A DNA stretch of 61,524 nt from Pyrinomonadaceae bacterium (GCA_035275005.1 DATENQ010000564.1:1-61524), one strand, 5' to 3'. Shown: positions 51,144 to 60,368, counted from the stretch's first letter. The notes: a model not told the origin generated them from the sequence alone. Numbers and translations are program-made.

Positions 51144-51228
51144 CTGTAGGGGCGGCACTCTGTGGCCGCCCGTCGATGGAATACACATGATTCCTGAGAC
51201 GGGCGGCCGCGGAGTGCCGCCCCTACAG
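51144..51228. repeat. 31-bp near-perfect inverted repeat (REP-like), 23-nt loop
   Basis: ctgtaggggcggcactctgtggccgcccgtc ... gacgggcggccgcggagtgccgcccctacag. The two mismatches are T vs C, i.e. G-U compatible. It lies 15 nt downstream of the DoxX-like gene stop. Confidence 0.7.
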
Positions 51229-51242
51229 TTGATAACGATGGC

Positions 51243-51767
51243 TCACATTCTTCGTAGCGGCTTTACTTCGTAACCTGCAATCACCAACGCCGCTGCTATG
51301 AGTACCAGGTTTTTCATTACAAACTCGCCATCAACAGTCAGGCAGAACGGGACCCCTTGAACAAAGAAGATACTCGGCTTGAACCAGATTGCTGTAAAGG
51401 TCCCAATAAGATGGACGGCCGATAGAATCAACACACACCGAAGTGCGCGCTTTGAGACGATGCCGATGCCGATCACCATCTCCCACACTCCCAGGACCAA
51501 CATAAATGCATTGATTGGCACGAACGAATAGGTTTCCTGAATCAATGCGGCTACCGGACTACTCCCAAAAATCTTGAGAGCGCCAAACCAAAGGAAGACG
51601 GAGCCGAGGGCCAGCCTTAAAGCAGTGATGCTCCAGCGCCGCACGATGGTAAGTAGTAACTCGTCAAGGCGAACAACAAATGAAGAGTTGTTTATGCTCG
51701 AATCGAGCGGTTGCCGGATTGGTATGACTGTCGAATTAGCTGAGGTGGTTCTGATGAGAGGTTTCAT
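51243..51767 (-). CDS. DoxX/DUF417-like integral membrane protein
   Basis: Four hydrophobic helices; LRLALGSVFLWFGALKIFG is typical of DoxX/YkgB-type proteins. Confidence 0.55.
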   Translation of the reverse strand: MKPLIRTTSANSTVIPIRQPLDSSINNSSFVVRLDELLLTIVRRWSITALRLALGSVFLWFGALKIFGSSPVAALIQETYSFVPINAFMLVLGVWEMVIGIGIVSKRALRCVLILSAVHLIGTFTAIWFKPSIFFVQGVPFCLTVDGEFVMKNLVLIAAALVIAGYEVKPLRRM

Positions 51768-51775
51768 GAGCAGTG

Positions 51776-52063
51776 CTATTTTCGATGCTGAAGTAACGAG
51801 ATAATCTTCCTGCGTCGACGACGATTCAATTTGTAGAGAGTCTGCGAATCACTTCCCTGCTGTGCAATAACCAGACCATCAGCAGCCAACTTATCCAGCA
51901 CTTCTTTCACTAACGCGGTTTGATGTTTTATCGACGGCTCCAAAAGCCACCAGGTGACTACGCCCTTGATGGTGTCCTGGGCATTGGGGTGTTCAATCAA
52001 ATATTGCAGTATCTCCTCAGTGAGTTCCTTCTTCGTTTCATCAATTTGATCCGGGGGATTCAT
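51776..52063 (-). CDS. hypothetical small protein
   Basis: Start taken at MNPPDQIDETKK (ATG 52063). The track start at 52102 falls inside the candidate sigma-54 promoter. Basic C-terminus RRRRRK. Confidence 0.4.
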   Translation of the reverse strand: MNPPDQIDETKKELTEEILQYLIEHPNAQDTIKGVVTWWLLEPSIKHQTALVKEVLDKLAADGLVIAQQGSDSQTLYKLNRRRRRKIISLLQHRK

Positions 52064-52090
52064 GCAAGCACAGTTGATCGATAGCCCTCT

Positions 52091-52106
52091 AGCAAACGCC
52101 ACACCA
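52091..52106 (-). promoter_or_regulatory. candidate sigma-54 (-24/-12) promoter
   Basis: Minus strand reads TGGTGTGGCGTTTGCT against consensus TGGCACG-N4-TTGCW. GG and GC have the correct spacing. It sits 28 nt upstream of ATG 52063 and just downstream of the sigma-54 activator gene and two hairpins. Confidence 0.4.
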
Positions 52107-52108
52107 AT

Positions 52109-52156
52109 CCTGGGGCTTGCGCCCCAGGCTTTATGCTTACGCCTGCTCCGCAGGCT
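52109..52156 (-). terminator. two consecutive hairpins after the sigma-54 activator gene
   Basis: AGCCTGC-GGA-GCAGGC at 52141-52156 is a copy of the 49256 element. CCTGGGGC-GCAA-GCCCCAGG at 52109-52128 has an 8-bp stem and a GNRA-like loop. Confidence 0.4.
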
Positions 52157-52177
52157 AGGACCATATTGTCCTACCCG

Positions 52178-53581
52178 TTACGAAGCGCGAGACTTCAGAG
52201 TCTGAACCGAAATGTGATGCTTGCGAATCAACTCCCAGAAAGCGCGGCGATTCTTTTGCGCTGCTTTAGCTGATCTGCTGATGTTGCAGTGATTTGAAAG
52301 TAGAAGCCCTTTGATGTAAGTCTTCTCAAATTGGTCCACCATTCTATTCTTCGCTTCCTGAAAAGATTCCGGTAACGGCAAATTCTCCGAATCGGAAATC
52401 GCGATTCCAGCTGCGCAAATAATCGGCTTGGTCGAAAGAACGATGGCCCGCATGATGACATGCTCCAATTCCCTAACGTTCCCGGGCCAATCGTAAAGAA
52501 TGAGTTTTCTAATCGCGTCAGGAGAAAAGCCTGTGACTTGTTTGTTGAATTCGAGCGCATACTTATTAAGGAAGTGGTGCGCCAGTAATGGGATATCTTC
52601 CCGGCGTTCTCGCAGTGACGGCAGTTTCAGTTGAATCACATTCAACCGGTAATACAGATCCTGCCGGAGTCTTCCTTCTCGAATGGCGTCCTCACAATTG
52701 ACGTTGGTCGCCGCAATCACTCGCACGTCCGCTTTAAGAGTCTTAGTGGCGCCTAAAGGTCGATATTCTTTTTCCTGTAGAAAGCGCAAAAACTTCACCT
52801 GGGCCATGAGCGGAAGACAATCTGCTTCGTCAAGGAACAGTGTTCCACCGTTAGCCTCATCAATCAGGCCGCGCCGGTTTGTCTTGGCTCCGGTAAAGGC
52901 TCCCGCGACATGGCCGAACAACTCGTTTTCGATCAACTCCGCGGGGATTGCACCGCAGTTGACAGGAAGAAACGATTGGCTGGCACGCGGGCTAAGGTAA
53001 TGAATGGCCCGCGCACATAGCTCCTTGCCCGTGCCCGTATCACCGGTGATCAGGACACTGGCATCACACTTTGCCAGCAGCGGAAGCTTCTCGATTTCCG
53101 AGAGAAACGCTTCGCTCTCGCCTACTAATTGCCTCATCCCCAACTCTTCCTTAATCTGCATTAACTCGGTTTCAGACTCGGAAGGTTGGTCCAACAGTCG
53201 CCAGACACGAGGCAGAACATCGATCTTCTTTAAAGGCTTCGTAATAAAATCCGCCGCGAGTTGCCTGATCCACTCGATCATCTCGTCGGGTTCGGCTTCA
53301 TCGACGACAACCAGCAGAGGTGTTGTGGGAATTTGGATTCCCGGAGAAAGAAATAATTGCCTTGTATGTTTCAGTCTATCCGCGGATTGAACAACGAAAA
53401 CGACTGAAAAGTCAGAACGAGAAACGGCTTGCGCCAGTTTCTTTCTGCATTCCGTCGCCGCGAGTTCCTCCTCGACCTTGACTTCCTCAACCTCAAACTG
53501 CGATTGAACAATGGAATGTAGATCGTTAGCGAGACAATCTGAGGGATTGAAGTTGAGGATCAGGATCTTGGCCGGTTTCAT
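52178..53581 (-). CDS. sigma-54-dependent transcriptional activator (NtrC family) with atypical receiver-like N-domain
   Basis: AAA+ domain: ITGDTGTGKE, GAFTGA, LFLDE, RVIAATN, RLRQDLYYRL. C-terminal Fis-type HTH. The N-domain has DFITKPL but no obvious phospho-acceptor Asp (VVFVVQSAD). Confidence 0.85.
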   Translation of the reverse strand: MKPAKILILNFNPSDCLANDLHSIVQSQFEVEEVKVEEELAATECRKKLAQAVSRSDFSVVFVVQSADRLKHTRQLFLSPGIQIPTTPLLVVVDEAEPDEMIEWIRQLAADFITKPLKKIDVLPRVWRLLDQPSESETELMQIKEELGMRQLVGESEAFLSEIEKLPLLAKCDASVLITGDTGTGKELCARAIHYLSPRASQSFLPVNCGAIPAELIENELFGHVAGAFTGAKTNRRGLIDEANGGTLFLDEADCLPLMAQVKFLRFLQEKEYRPLGATKTLKADVRVIAATNVNCEDAIREGRLRQDLYYRLNVIQLKLPSLRERREDIPLLAHHFLNKYALEFNKQVTGFSPDAIRKLILYDWPGNVRELEHVIMRAIVLSTKPIICAAGIAISDSENLPLPESFQEAKNRMVDQFEKTYIKGLLLSNHCNISRSAKAAQKNRRAFWELIRKHHISVQTLKSRAS

Positions 53582-54006
53582 AACAGTTCTCCTTTATGAC
53601 CAACCACGCTGTCACTCAGGAAACCTGGCCTATAGAGGTCTGGGCCCCAGGCTCTTGTGCGTTGCGCAAAATCGACAATGCTTCGGAAACGCGTCGTAAG
53701 TACGACGCATCTCTTTAAACTATTCGAGTGCGAACGATGGCAAAGAGACCAGGGAAGGCAGGTAAATATCGCGATCCCGAGACTAGTCCACCTACATCGT
53801 CGAGTAGGTACGCCGCACCCGCAAGACTGTCACGAGTCTGATTAAATCTGCCGTTGGCATGTTCGACTGGTCAACGAACATGAAGAGAAGTCTGTGCACG
53901 GGCGGGCAGGCCAGCGTGAGAAGACTTTTGGCAGAGGCGAAGGATTATAGTCGCGTAAAGTGCAATGTCAACGCCTATTTTCGGTAGATCTGATTGGGTT
54001 GGACGA

Positions 54007-54714
54007 TTAGTCCAATGCGCGGCCGACGCTCCTGGCGAGGGATTTGATCTTTGATTCTTTGGGTGGGGGAGCGTGGTTGAGGTTGCAGTAGCCAGAAGGT
54101 TCACTGCCGGTGGGGTAGGTCATGCGGCTACGCACAGGACAATCCGGTTTCGCCAAAAGGCCGCTCTCCGGATCGATGGTGACCGTTACGGTCGCGAGTG
54201 CGGGCGCCGGTGCTGAAGTAACGACTTCTGCGGTTTCCGGCGCTTCGGCTTGTGCGTTTGGTTTAGAGATGGATCTGGTGCGTGAGTCTGGCGGATCTGA
54301 TTGGGGCGCAGACTCTTGAGGCAGCGTTGCTGTCTGTCTCTCTTCAACCGGCAACACCACCGGCTGACGACGTTTGAGCAAGAAGGTTATCGTGATCGCA
54401 AAGACAGCGACGAAGATCAGTAACGGAATCGCAGTCCACTGCGAACCGCCAGCGCGACGCCGCGTCACCGGATAATGAGTCTCAGCAGAGCTCGAAGGCG
54501 CGGCTTTCGGAACCTTGCCGGAGATCAAGAGCTCGTAAGCTTCGTTGATCTCTTTCAGCTTCTCCTGCGCCTTTTCCTGAAGACGCGGATCGTGCAGAAA
54601 CCTGTCCGGGTGCCAAACCTTCGCAAGGTCTCGATGCGCTGCTTTCAGTTCTCTGTTTGAAACGCCGGGCTTCACTCCCAGCAGGACATAGGCCTTACTC
54701 AAGTCTGGGTGCAA
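54007..54714 (-). CDS. J-domain (DnaJ-like) membrane protein
   Basis: YVLLGVKPGVSNRELKAAHRDLAKVWHPDRF (HPD motif), one TM helix (IPLLIFVAVFAITITFLL), Pro/Ala-rich spacer, Cys-containing C-domain. TTG start. Confidence 0.7.
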   Translation of the reverse strand: MHPDLSKAYVLLGVKPGVSNRELKAAHRDLAKVWHPDRFLHDPRLQEKAQEKLKEINEAYELLISGKVPKAAPSSSAETHYPVTRRRAGGSQWTAIPLLIFVAVFAITITFLLKRRQPVVLPVEERQTATLPQESAPQSDPPDSRTRSISKPNAQAEAPETAEVVTSAPAPALATVTVTIDPESGLLAKPDCPVRSRMTYPTGSEPSGYCNLNHAPPPKESKIKSLARSVGRALD

Positions 54715-54727
54715 TTCTTAAGACCCT

Positions 54728-54919
54728 CTATGATAAGACGTCAGCCAGTCTCGAGACTCCTCTCAACAACTCGTGAACGTTGGGCACTGGAACTCCCATG
54801 GAGTGCATGATCGTGATCAATACAAGACCAAGTACCGCGCACATGACTACAGCTTTCACGAGGGCGACACACAACTGTGTCACAAAGGACGAAACGGCTC
54901 GAACAACTCGTCGCATTCG
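54728..54919 (-). CDS. hypothetical small membrane protein
   Basis: MRMRRVVRAVSSFVTQLCVALVKAVVMCAVLGLVLITIMH has a single hydrophobic span. Weak support only. Confidence 0.3.
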   Translation of the reverse strand, partial: RMRRVVRAVSSFVTQLCVALVKAVVMCAVLGLVLITIMHSMGVPVPNVHELLRGVSRLADVLS

Positions 54920-55042
54920 CATAGTTAATCCCCCATTTCTAGTGAGTAATCGGGGCATTTGCGGGGCTGTCGGGACGAGCAAGGCGTAAGCCTCGATGAA
55001 GCATTATGGCAACTCCGCCAAAGAGTTGCAACAATGTTTTTC

Positions 55043-55100
55043 AGCCGCTGATTTACGCTGATAAAACGCAGATTTGCGTTTATTTGCGTAATCTGCGGCT
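55043..55100. repeat. REP-like nested palindrome of the gtaatc(t/c)g(t/c)gg family
   Basis: Outer arms agccgctgatttacgc ... gcgtaatctgcggct. Inner perfect hairpin aaacgca-gatt-tgcgttt. The element abuts and overlaps the phoR stop codon. Confidence 0.6.
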
Positions 55101-56229
55101 AAACTTTCTTCGGTAAATGGATTGTGAAAGTCGTGCCTTTACCCAATTCGGACGTGACGGTGACCTCGCCGCCGTGCAGCAGCGCCAGATGCTTTACGAT
55201 CGCCAGCCCCAGGCCGGTGCCGCCCATGTCTCGCGAGCGTGCACGGTCTGCCCGGTAAAAGCGTTCGAACAACCGCTCGAGATGCTGCGCGGGAATTCCG
55301 TCGCCATTGTCCTGCACCAGAATCATGTCACGCGTCCCTGATTCGTAACTGATCGCTACCGTACCATCTTCGCGACTGAACTTGATTCCGTTGTCGATGA
55401 GGTTAGAAAGCATTTGCTCGAGCCGGCGCTCGTCCGCATATACCATGACTTCAGGCGGAACGTTGTTTTTGAGCGTGACCTTTTGCGCGGCGGCTTTCGC
55501 CGCGAAAGACGCACAGACTTCCTCGACCAACGGATATAACTCAACCGGTGCTGCTCTGAGCCGCACGTTGCCACCTTCGATCGCGGTGAGTTCGAGGATG
55601 TCGTCGATGAGACTGTGCATACGCGAAGCGTTCTTGCGAATGATTGCGAGGAAGCGCTGCGCGCTCTCCGGATCCTCCATCGCGCCGGTTTCGAGAGTTT
55701 CTACAAACGCGATGATCGAGGTGAGCGGCGTCCGTAGTTCGTGCGAGACATTCGAGAGGAATTCCTGTCTTACGTTTTCCAAACGTTCGGTTCGAGTGAT
55801 GTCGAAGAAGACGCCGAGCGCGCCCTCCGCGCCGTGACCGTTCGTGTTTCCAATCGGAACCACGCGCAGATCGAATACCTGTCGCTCTGGTCCATGAGTC
55901 TCAACCTTCACACCACTGCGTTCGATACCTTTCAGCCCATCCAAAAACGCGCTGTAGATCGCGGGATTACGCGTCAGCTCGGTCAAACGCTGCGACCTCA
56001 GCGTAGCGACTGAAGGATTGAACAGTTTGTGAGCAGCAGGATTCGATGCCACTACGCGCATGTCTTTGTCCACCACCAGCAGACCTTCGCGCATGCCTGC
56101 GAGCGTCGCTTCCAGCAACGAACTGACGGCGAGATTTTCCGTGTTAGTCTGATCGAGTTGGACTTCAGATGAACCGCTGGAAGACTTGCGCTTCAGAAAT
56201 GAAGCTATGACGGTGATTAACTTAGCCAC
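55099..56229 (-). CDS. phoR: phosphate-regulon sensor histidine kinase
   Basis: PAS-like region, HisKA FLSNVSHELRTPLTSI, HATPase DNGDGIP..GGTGLGLAIVKHLALLHGG. Lies immediately downstream of phoB, phoU and pstSCAB. Confidence 0.8.
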   Translation of the reverse strand: MAKLITVIASFLKRKSSSGSSEVQLDQTNTENLAVSSLLEATLAGMREGLLVVDKDMRVVASNPAAHKLFNPSVATLRSQRLTELTRNPAIYSAFLDGLKGIERSGVKVETHGPERQVFDLRVVPIGNTNGHGAEGALGVFFDITRTERLENVRQEFLSNVSHELRTPLTSIIAFVETLETGAMEDPESAQRFLAIIRKNASRMHSLIDDILELTAIEGGNVRLRAAPVELYPLVEEVCASFAAKAAAQKVTLKNNVPPEVMVYADERRLEQMLSNLIDNGIKFSREDGTVAISYESGTRDMILVQDNGDGIPAQHLERLFERFYRADRARSRDMGGTGLGLAIVKHLALLHGGEVTVTSELGKGTTFTIHLPKKV

Positions 56230-56241
56230 GGAGATAAATCC

Positions 56242-56282
56242 ATCCGCGGATTACACAGATTTAATCTGCGCAATCTGTGGAT
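56242..56282. repeat. REP-like palindrome of the gtaatc(t/c)g(t/c)gg family overlapping the phoB 3' end
   Basis: atccgcggattacacagat-ttaa-tctgcgcaatctgtggat. The arm differences are purine transitions. It encodes the last 10 codons (DPQIAQIKSV) and the stop of phoB. Confidence 0.6.
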
Positions 56283-56973
56283 CGCTTTTGTTGCAACCAA
56301 CAAACCGGTAACCGACACCGACGACCGTCTCGATACAATCGCCGCACTTGTCGAGCTTCTGCCGCAGTCGACGAATGTGCACATCAAGCGTGCGCGCGTC
56401 GCCATAGTAACTGTATCCCCAAACACTATCCAACAACTGCTGCCGCGTGACCACTCGATCCGCGCTTCTGGCGAGCACTGAGAGGAGGGTGAATTCCTTG
56501 TTCGTGAGTTTTACTTTTACGCCGTCGCAAGCCACGCGAATGTCATCGAAGTCGATCTGCAGATGATCGTCCTCGTAGGTCTTGCCCATCGTTTCATCTG
56601 CACGGCGCATCACGGCACGCACGCGCGCCAGCAGCTCGCGCACTGAAAAAGGCTTCGTGATGTAGTCGTCGGCGCCGAGGTCGAGACCAGTGACGCGATC
56701 CGATTCAGAAGCTTTCGCGGTGAGCATGATGATCGGAGTGCGCCTGGTGGCCGGCTCGCGGCGCAGGCGACGGCACAACTCGATACCGCTCATTCCCGGC
56801 AACATGAGGTCGAGGATTATGAGACGCGGCGGCTCGCGTTCGTTCAACGCGGCGGTAAGTCCGGCTTCGCCAGTCGGTGCCGTGATCGCCGCCAATCCTT
56901 CCCGTTCGAAGTTGTACTTCAAACTCTCAGAGATGTCGGCGTCATCCTCGATGATCAGGATTGGGCGAGTCAT
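56251..56973 (-). CDS. phoB: phosphate-regulon response regulator (OmpR/PhoB family)
   Basis: REC domain (ILIIEDDADI..IILDLMLPGMSG..LTAKASE) plus winged helix (LTNKEFTLLSVLA..RTLDVHIRRLRQKL..VGVGYRF). Sits between phoU and phoR. Confidence 0.85.
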   Translation of the reverse strand: MTRPILIIEDDADISESLKYNFEREGLAAITAPTGEAGLTAALNEREPPRLIILDLMLPGMSGIELCRRLRREPATRRTPIIMLTAKASESDRVTGLDLGADDYITKPFSVRELLARVRAVMRRADETMGKTYEDDHLQIDFDDIRVACDGVKVKLTNKEFTLLSVLARSADRVVTRQQLLDSVWGYSYYGDARTLDVHIRRLRQKLDKCGDCIETVVGVGYRFVGCNKSDPQIAQIKSV

Positions 56974-56975
56974 AA

Positions 56976-57635
56976 CTAGTTAGTATGTTTGATGAACGCG
57001 GCCTCAGCCATGTAAACGGTCAATTCGCAAATGTCAGTCACGTAATCGCCAATGCGTTCGAGATGTTTGGCAACAAACAAGAGTCGCGCGTCTCGAGTCG
57101 CGGTGGCAGGTTCGGTCACCATCAGTTCAATCAGACGATGAAAAGTGTGGTTATAAAGATCGTTGATTTCGCTATCACTCTTGATGACTTCACGCGCGGC
57201 GATCGCGTCGTTGCCGGTAAAAGCGTCGAGCGACTCGCGCAACATCTTCAACGCATGCTCGGCCATGCGATTCAGGTCAAGCAATGACTTGAGCTCCGGC
57301 TCGTTGTTGAGATCGATGGCGGCGCGCGCGATGTTGCAGGCGTGGTCGGCGATGCGTTCCAACACCGGCGCCATTTTCGCTACGGAGATGACGAAACGCA
57401 GGTCGCGCGCGGCCGGTTGGCGCAACGCGATGATGTCGATGCACTGTCGATCGATCTCGACCTCGAGGTGATCGATCTGATCGTCGTGCTCGAGCACTTG
57501 CCGCGCGACGTCGCTGTCGCGCTCAGTGAGCGCGTACATTGCACGTTCGAGCGCTTGTTCCGCTTCGCCCCCCAGCAAGAGAACACGGTCGCGCAATGAG
57601 CTCAGTTCGTCGTCAAGGTGACGGTGAATATCCAT
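56976..57635 (-). CDS. phoU: phosphate signalling complex protein PhoU
   Basis: Two PhoU repeats (DDQIDHLEVEI.., ERIADHACNIA / ERIGDYVTDICE). Directly follows pstB. Confidence 0.9.
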   Translation of the reverse strand: MDIHRHLDDELSSLRDRVLLLGGEAEQALERAMYALTERDSDVARQVLEHDDQIDHLEVEIDRQCIDIIALRQPAARDLRFVISVAKMAPVLERIADHACNIARAAIDLNNEPELKSLLDLNRMAEHALKMLRESLDAFTGNDAIAAREVIKSDSEINDLYNHTFHRLIELMVTEPATATRDARLLFVAKHLERIGDYVTDICELTVYMAEAAFIKHTN

Positions 57636-57643
57636 AAAAATTG

Positions 57644-58465
57644 CTATCCGAATCGGCCCGTTATGTAGTCTTCCGTCAGTTTTTCGTTGGGGGCGGTGAA
57701 CATCTTCTCAGTCGCGTTTACTTCGATCAACTTGCCGAGCAGGAAGAATGCGGTCGTATCGGAAACGCGCGCCGCCTGCTGCATGTTGTGCGTCACGATC
57801 ACGATCGTGTACTGCTCTTTTAAATCGAAGATCAACTCTTCAATCTTCGAGGTTGCGATTGGATCGAGCGCCGAAGCAGGCTCGTCCATCAATAGTACCT
57901 CAGGACGGATCGCGAGTGCCCGCGCAATGCACAGACGTTGCTGCTGTCCGCCGGAAAGACTCAGCGCGGAAGTCTTCAAGCGATCTTTAACTTCAGTCCA
58001 CAACGCCGCGTCCTTCAACGCTTGTTCGACACGATCCGCCAATTCGGAGCTGCTGCTTGTGATCTTATTGATTCTTAAACCGTACGCGACGTTGTCAAAG
58101 ATCGACTTCGGAAATGGGTTTGATTTTTGAAAGACCATACCGACTCGGCGTCGCAGCTCGACCACGTCTGTTCCGGGGGCGTAAATGTCGTGACCGTCAA
58201 TTGACACCTGACCGGCGACACGAGTGCCGGGAATGACGTCGTTCATCCGGTTCAGCGTGCGCAGGAAAGTTGACTTACCACAGCCTGAGGGACCGATAAA
58301 CGCCATCACGATGCGTTCGGGGATCTCGAGGGAGATGTCGTGAAGTGCCTGCGTGCGGCCGTAGAAGAAGTTCAGATCGCGCACCGCCACCTTGGCCTTG
58401 CCGGGCATGCGCGGTGGCGCCGCGGGTCGCACTTCAATTTTTGGAGCCGCAATTTCTACAGGCAT
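57644..58465 (-). CDS. pstB: phosphate ABC transporter ATP-binding protein
   Basis: Walker [10 protein letters not shown], signature [14 protein letters not shown], Walker [13 protein letters not shown], PstB-type C-terminus ..EDYITGRFG. Confidence 0.95.
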   Translation of the reverse strand: MPVEIAAPKIEVRPAAPPRMPGKAKVAVRDLNFFYGRTQALHDISLEIPERIVMAFIGPSGCGKSTFLRTLNRMNDVIPGTRVAGQVSIDGHDIYAPGTDVVELRRRVGMVFQKSNPFPKSIFDNVAYGLRINKITSSSSELADRVEQALKDAALWTEVKDRLKTSALSLSGGQQQRLCIARALAIRPEVLLMDEPASALDPIATSKIEELIFDLKEQYTIVIVTHNMQQAARVSDTTAFFLLGKLIEVNATEKMFTAPNEKLTEDYITGRFG

Positions 58466-58493
58466 GATCTGTGAATATCCGTGTAATCCGTGG
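58466..58493. repeat. short copy of the gtaatc(t/c)g(t/c)gg element in the pstA-pstB spacer
   Basis: gatctgtgaatatccgtgtaatccgtgg fills the 28-nt gap between the pstA stop and the pstB start. Confidence 0.45.
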
Positions 58494-59339
58494 CTAAAAT
58501 CTCTTCCTGGTCAGGAACCGGACGATGATGTTGATGCCGAGCACGAGTGTCATCAGAACCAGCGTCGCTGCCCATGCTTGTGCATGCCATTCGTCGTAAG
58601 GCGAGATGGCGTAGTTATAAATCTGCACTGTTAACGACGCGATCGGTTCATTCAACGACGTCGGGAAAAATCGACTGCCAAAAGCAGTGAACAACAACGG
58701 CGCTGTCTCTCCCGAGACGCGTGCAATCGCCAGCATCGCGCCCGTCGCTATTCCCGGTGCCGCCGCGGGGATAACCACGCCCAACGTCACGCGCCACTGC
58801 GGAGCGCCCAGCGCCAACGCTCCTTCGCGCAAACTGTGCGGCACAAGCTTCAACATCTCTTCGGTCGTGCGCGCGACGATCGGGATCATGATCAGCGCCA
58901 GCGCAACGCCACCAGCGAGGGCCGAGAAGTGCTTCATCGGCAAAACCAGGATCGCGTAAACAAACACGCCGGTAACAATCGATGGAATTCCGGTAAGAGT
59001 GTCGACGATGAAACGAACCGCTCCACCTAACCGTCCCCGGCCAATCTCCGACAAGTAAACTCCGACACAGATCCCGAGCGGCAGTCCGAAGGCAGACGAA
59101 ATCAAAAGCAGCACGAGCGAGCCGACAATTGCATTTCCGATCCCACCGCCTTCACCAACGGGACGAGGACTGTCGATCAGAAAGTGAAAGTTGAGCGAGC
59201 CGATTCCCTGCCACGCGATATAAAAAAGAATGACTGCCAGGGCGCCGACTGCGAGCAACGTGCACAATCCGGTCAGCGTCGTCATCAACGCGCTGGTCGC
59301 GCGACGCGTTCGATCGGCATTTATGTAACCTGCCATCAT
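58494..59339 (-). CDS. pstA: phosphate ABC transporter permease PstA
   Basis: Six TM segments. EAA-type loop [25 protein letters not shown] at 59339 gives an ATGA overlap with pstC; the track start at 59381 would overlap by 46 nt. Confidence 0.9.
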   Translation of the reverse strand: MMAGYINADRTRRATSALMTTLTGLCTLLAVGALAVILFYIAWQGIGSLNFHFLIDSPRPVGEGGGIGNAIVGSLVLLLISSAFGLPLGICVGVYLSEIGRGRLGGAVRFIVDTLTGIPSIVTGVFVYAILVLPMKHFSALAGGVALALIMIPIVARTTEEMLKLVPHSLREGALALGAPQWRVTLGVVIPAAAPGIATGAMLAIARVSGETAPLLFTAFGSRFFPTSLNEPIASLTVQIYNYAISPYDEWHAQAWAATLVLMTLVLGINIIVRFLTRKRF

Positions 59340-60307
59340 GCCGCCCTGCCAACTCCGCCTGTTCGTCGCGTTACGTTCCAAACCAGAAGTCGAGCGATAC
59401 CGTTCACGATGAACGTTACGAGAAACAGAATGAGTCCGAGCTCGACCAGCGAGCTGAGATAAAGATCGCCGGTCGCCTCAGTGAACTCATTCGCAATCGC
59501 CGATGCGATCGTGTATGACGGCTCGAAAAGTGACAGGCTAATCTGCGGTCGATTGCCGATTACCATCGTGACTGCCATCGTCTCACCGAGCGCGCGGCCC
59601 AACCCCAGGATCACTGCGCCGGCGATTCCAGGCGCGCCATTTACAAGCACGACACGGATCATTTCCCACTTCGTCGCGCCGAGCGCTAATGCTGCTTCGC
59701 GTTGCGAGCCCGGCACAGCAGCCAGCACGTCACGTACAACCGCGGAAATGATCGGCGTCACCATAATCGCGAGAATGATCCCGCCCGTCAGTAATCCGAT
59801 ACCGGTGATCGATCCGCGAAAGAACGGCAGCCAACCAAACGAGGTTGCTAAAGCCGGCTCGACATAATTGCGTAGAAAAGGCGCCAGCACGAAGATGCCC
59901 CACAAGCCGTAAACGACTGAGGGAATGGCGGCCAGTAGCTCGACTAAAAAACCCACCGGTCGCGCGATGTAACTCGGCGCCTGCTCAACCAGAAAGATCG
60001 CGATACCTAAAGAAAACGGCACGCTGATCAGCAGGGCGATAAACGACGAAGCCACTGTTCCATAAACAAATGGCAGCGCCCCAAACTCGCCCTTGATCGG
60101 ATCCCATCGCTGGCTTGTCAAAAAACCGAAACCAAAATGCTTGATCGAGAGCATTGAATCGGCAGCCAGCGCAATCACCATGGCCACGACGATGCCAACC
60201 ATCAACAACGCCACGAGCAACATCAAAACGCGAAACACCGCATCGCCCGTGTTTCCGGTTGGCGAAAGCACTCGCCGCCAGCTCGTTTGATATGTGACCG
60301 CGCTCAT
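59336..60307 (-). CDS. pstC: phosphate ABC transporter permease PstC
   Basis: Six TM segments. QREAALALGATKWEMIRVVL. Positioned between pstS and pstA. Confidence 0.9.
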   Translation of the reverse strand: MSAVTYQTSWRRVLSPTGNTGDAVFRVLMLLVALLMVGIVVAMVIALAADSMLSIKHFGFGFLTSQRWDPIKGEFGALPFVYGTVASSFIALLISVPFSLGIAIFLVEQAPSYIARPVGFLVELLAAIPSVVYGLWGIFVLAPFLRNYVEPALATSFGWLPFFRGSITGIGLLTGGIILAIMVTPIISAVVRDVLAAVPGSQREAALALGATKWEMIRVVLVNGAPGIAGAVILGLGRALGETMAVTMVIGNRPQISLSLFEPSYTIASAIANEFTEATGDLYLSSLVELGLILFLVTFIVNGIARLLVWNVTRRTGGVGRAA

Positions 60308-60318
60308 CTTTTAATCGG

Positions 60319-60368
60319 CCGCAAAAAGGCACGAAAGGCACATAAAGTCTTTGGTGCTTTTCGTGGCG
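60319..60368. repeat. degenerate GGCAC-type palindrome in the pstS-pstC spacer
   Basis: ccgcaaaaaggcacgaaaggcacataaagtctttggtgcttttcgtggcg. The left arm is nearly identical to the 41434 element and the right arm is imperfect. Confidence 0.55.
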
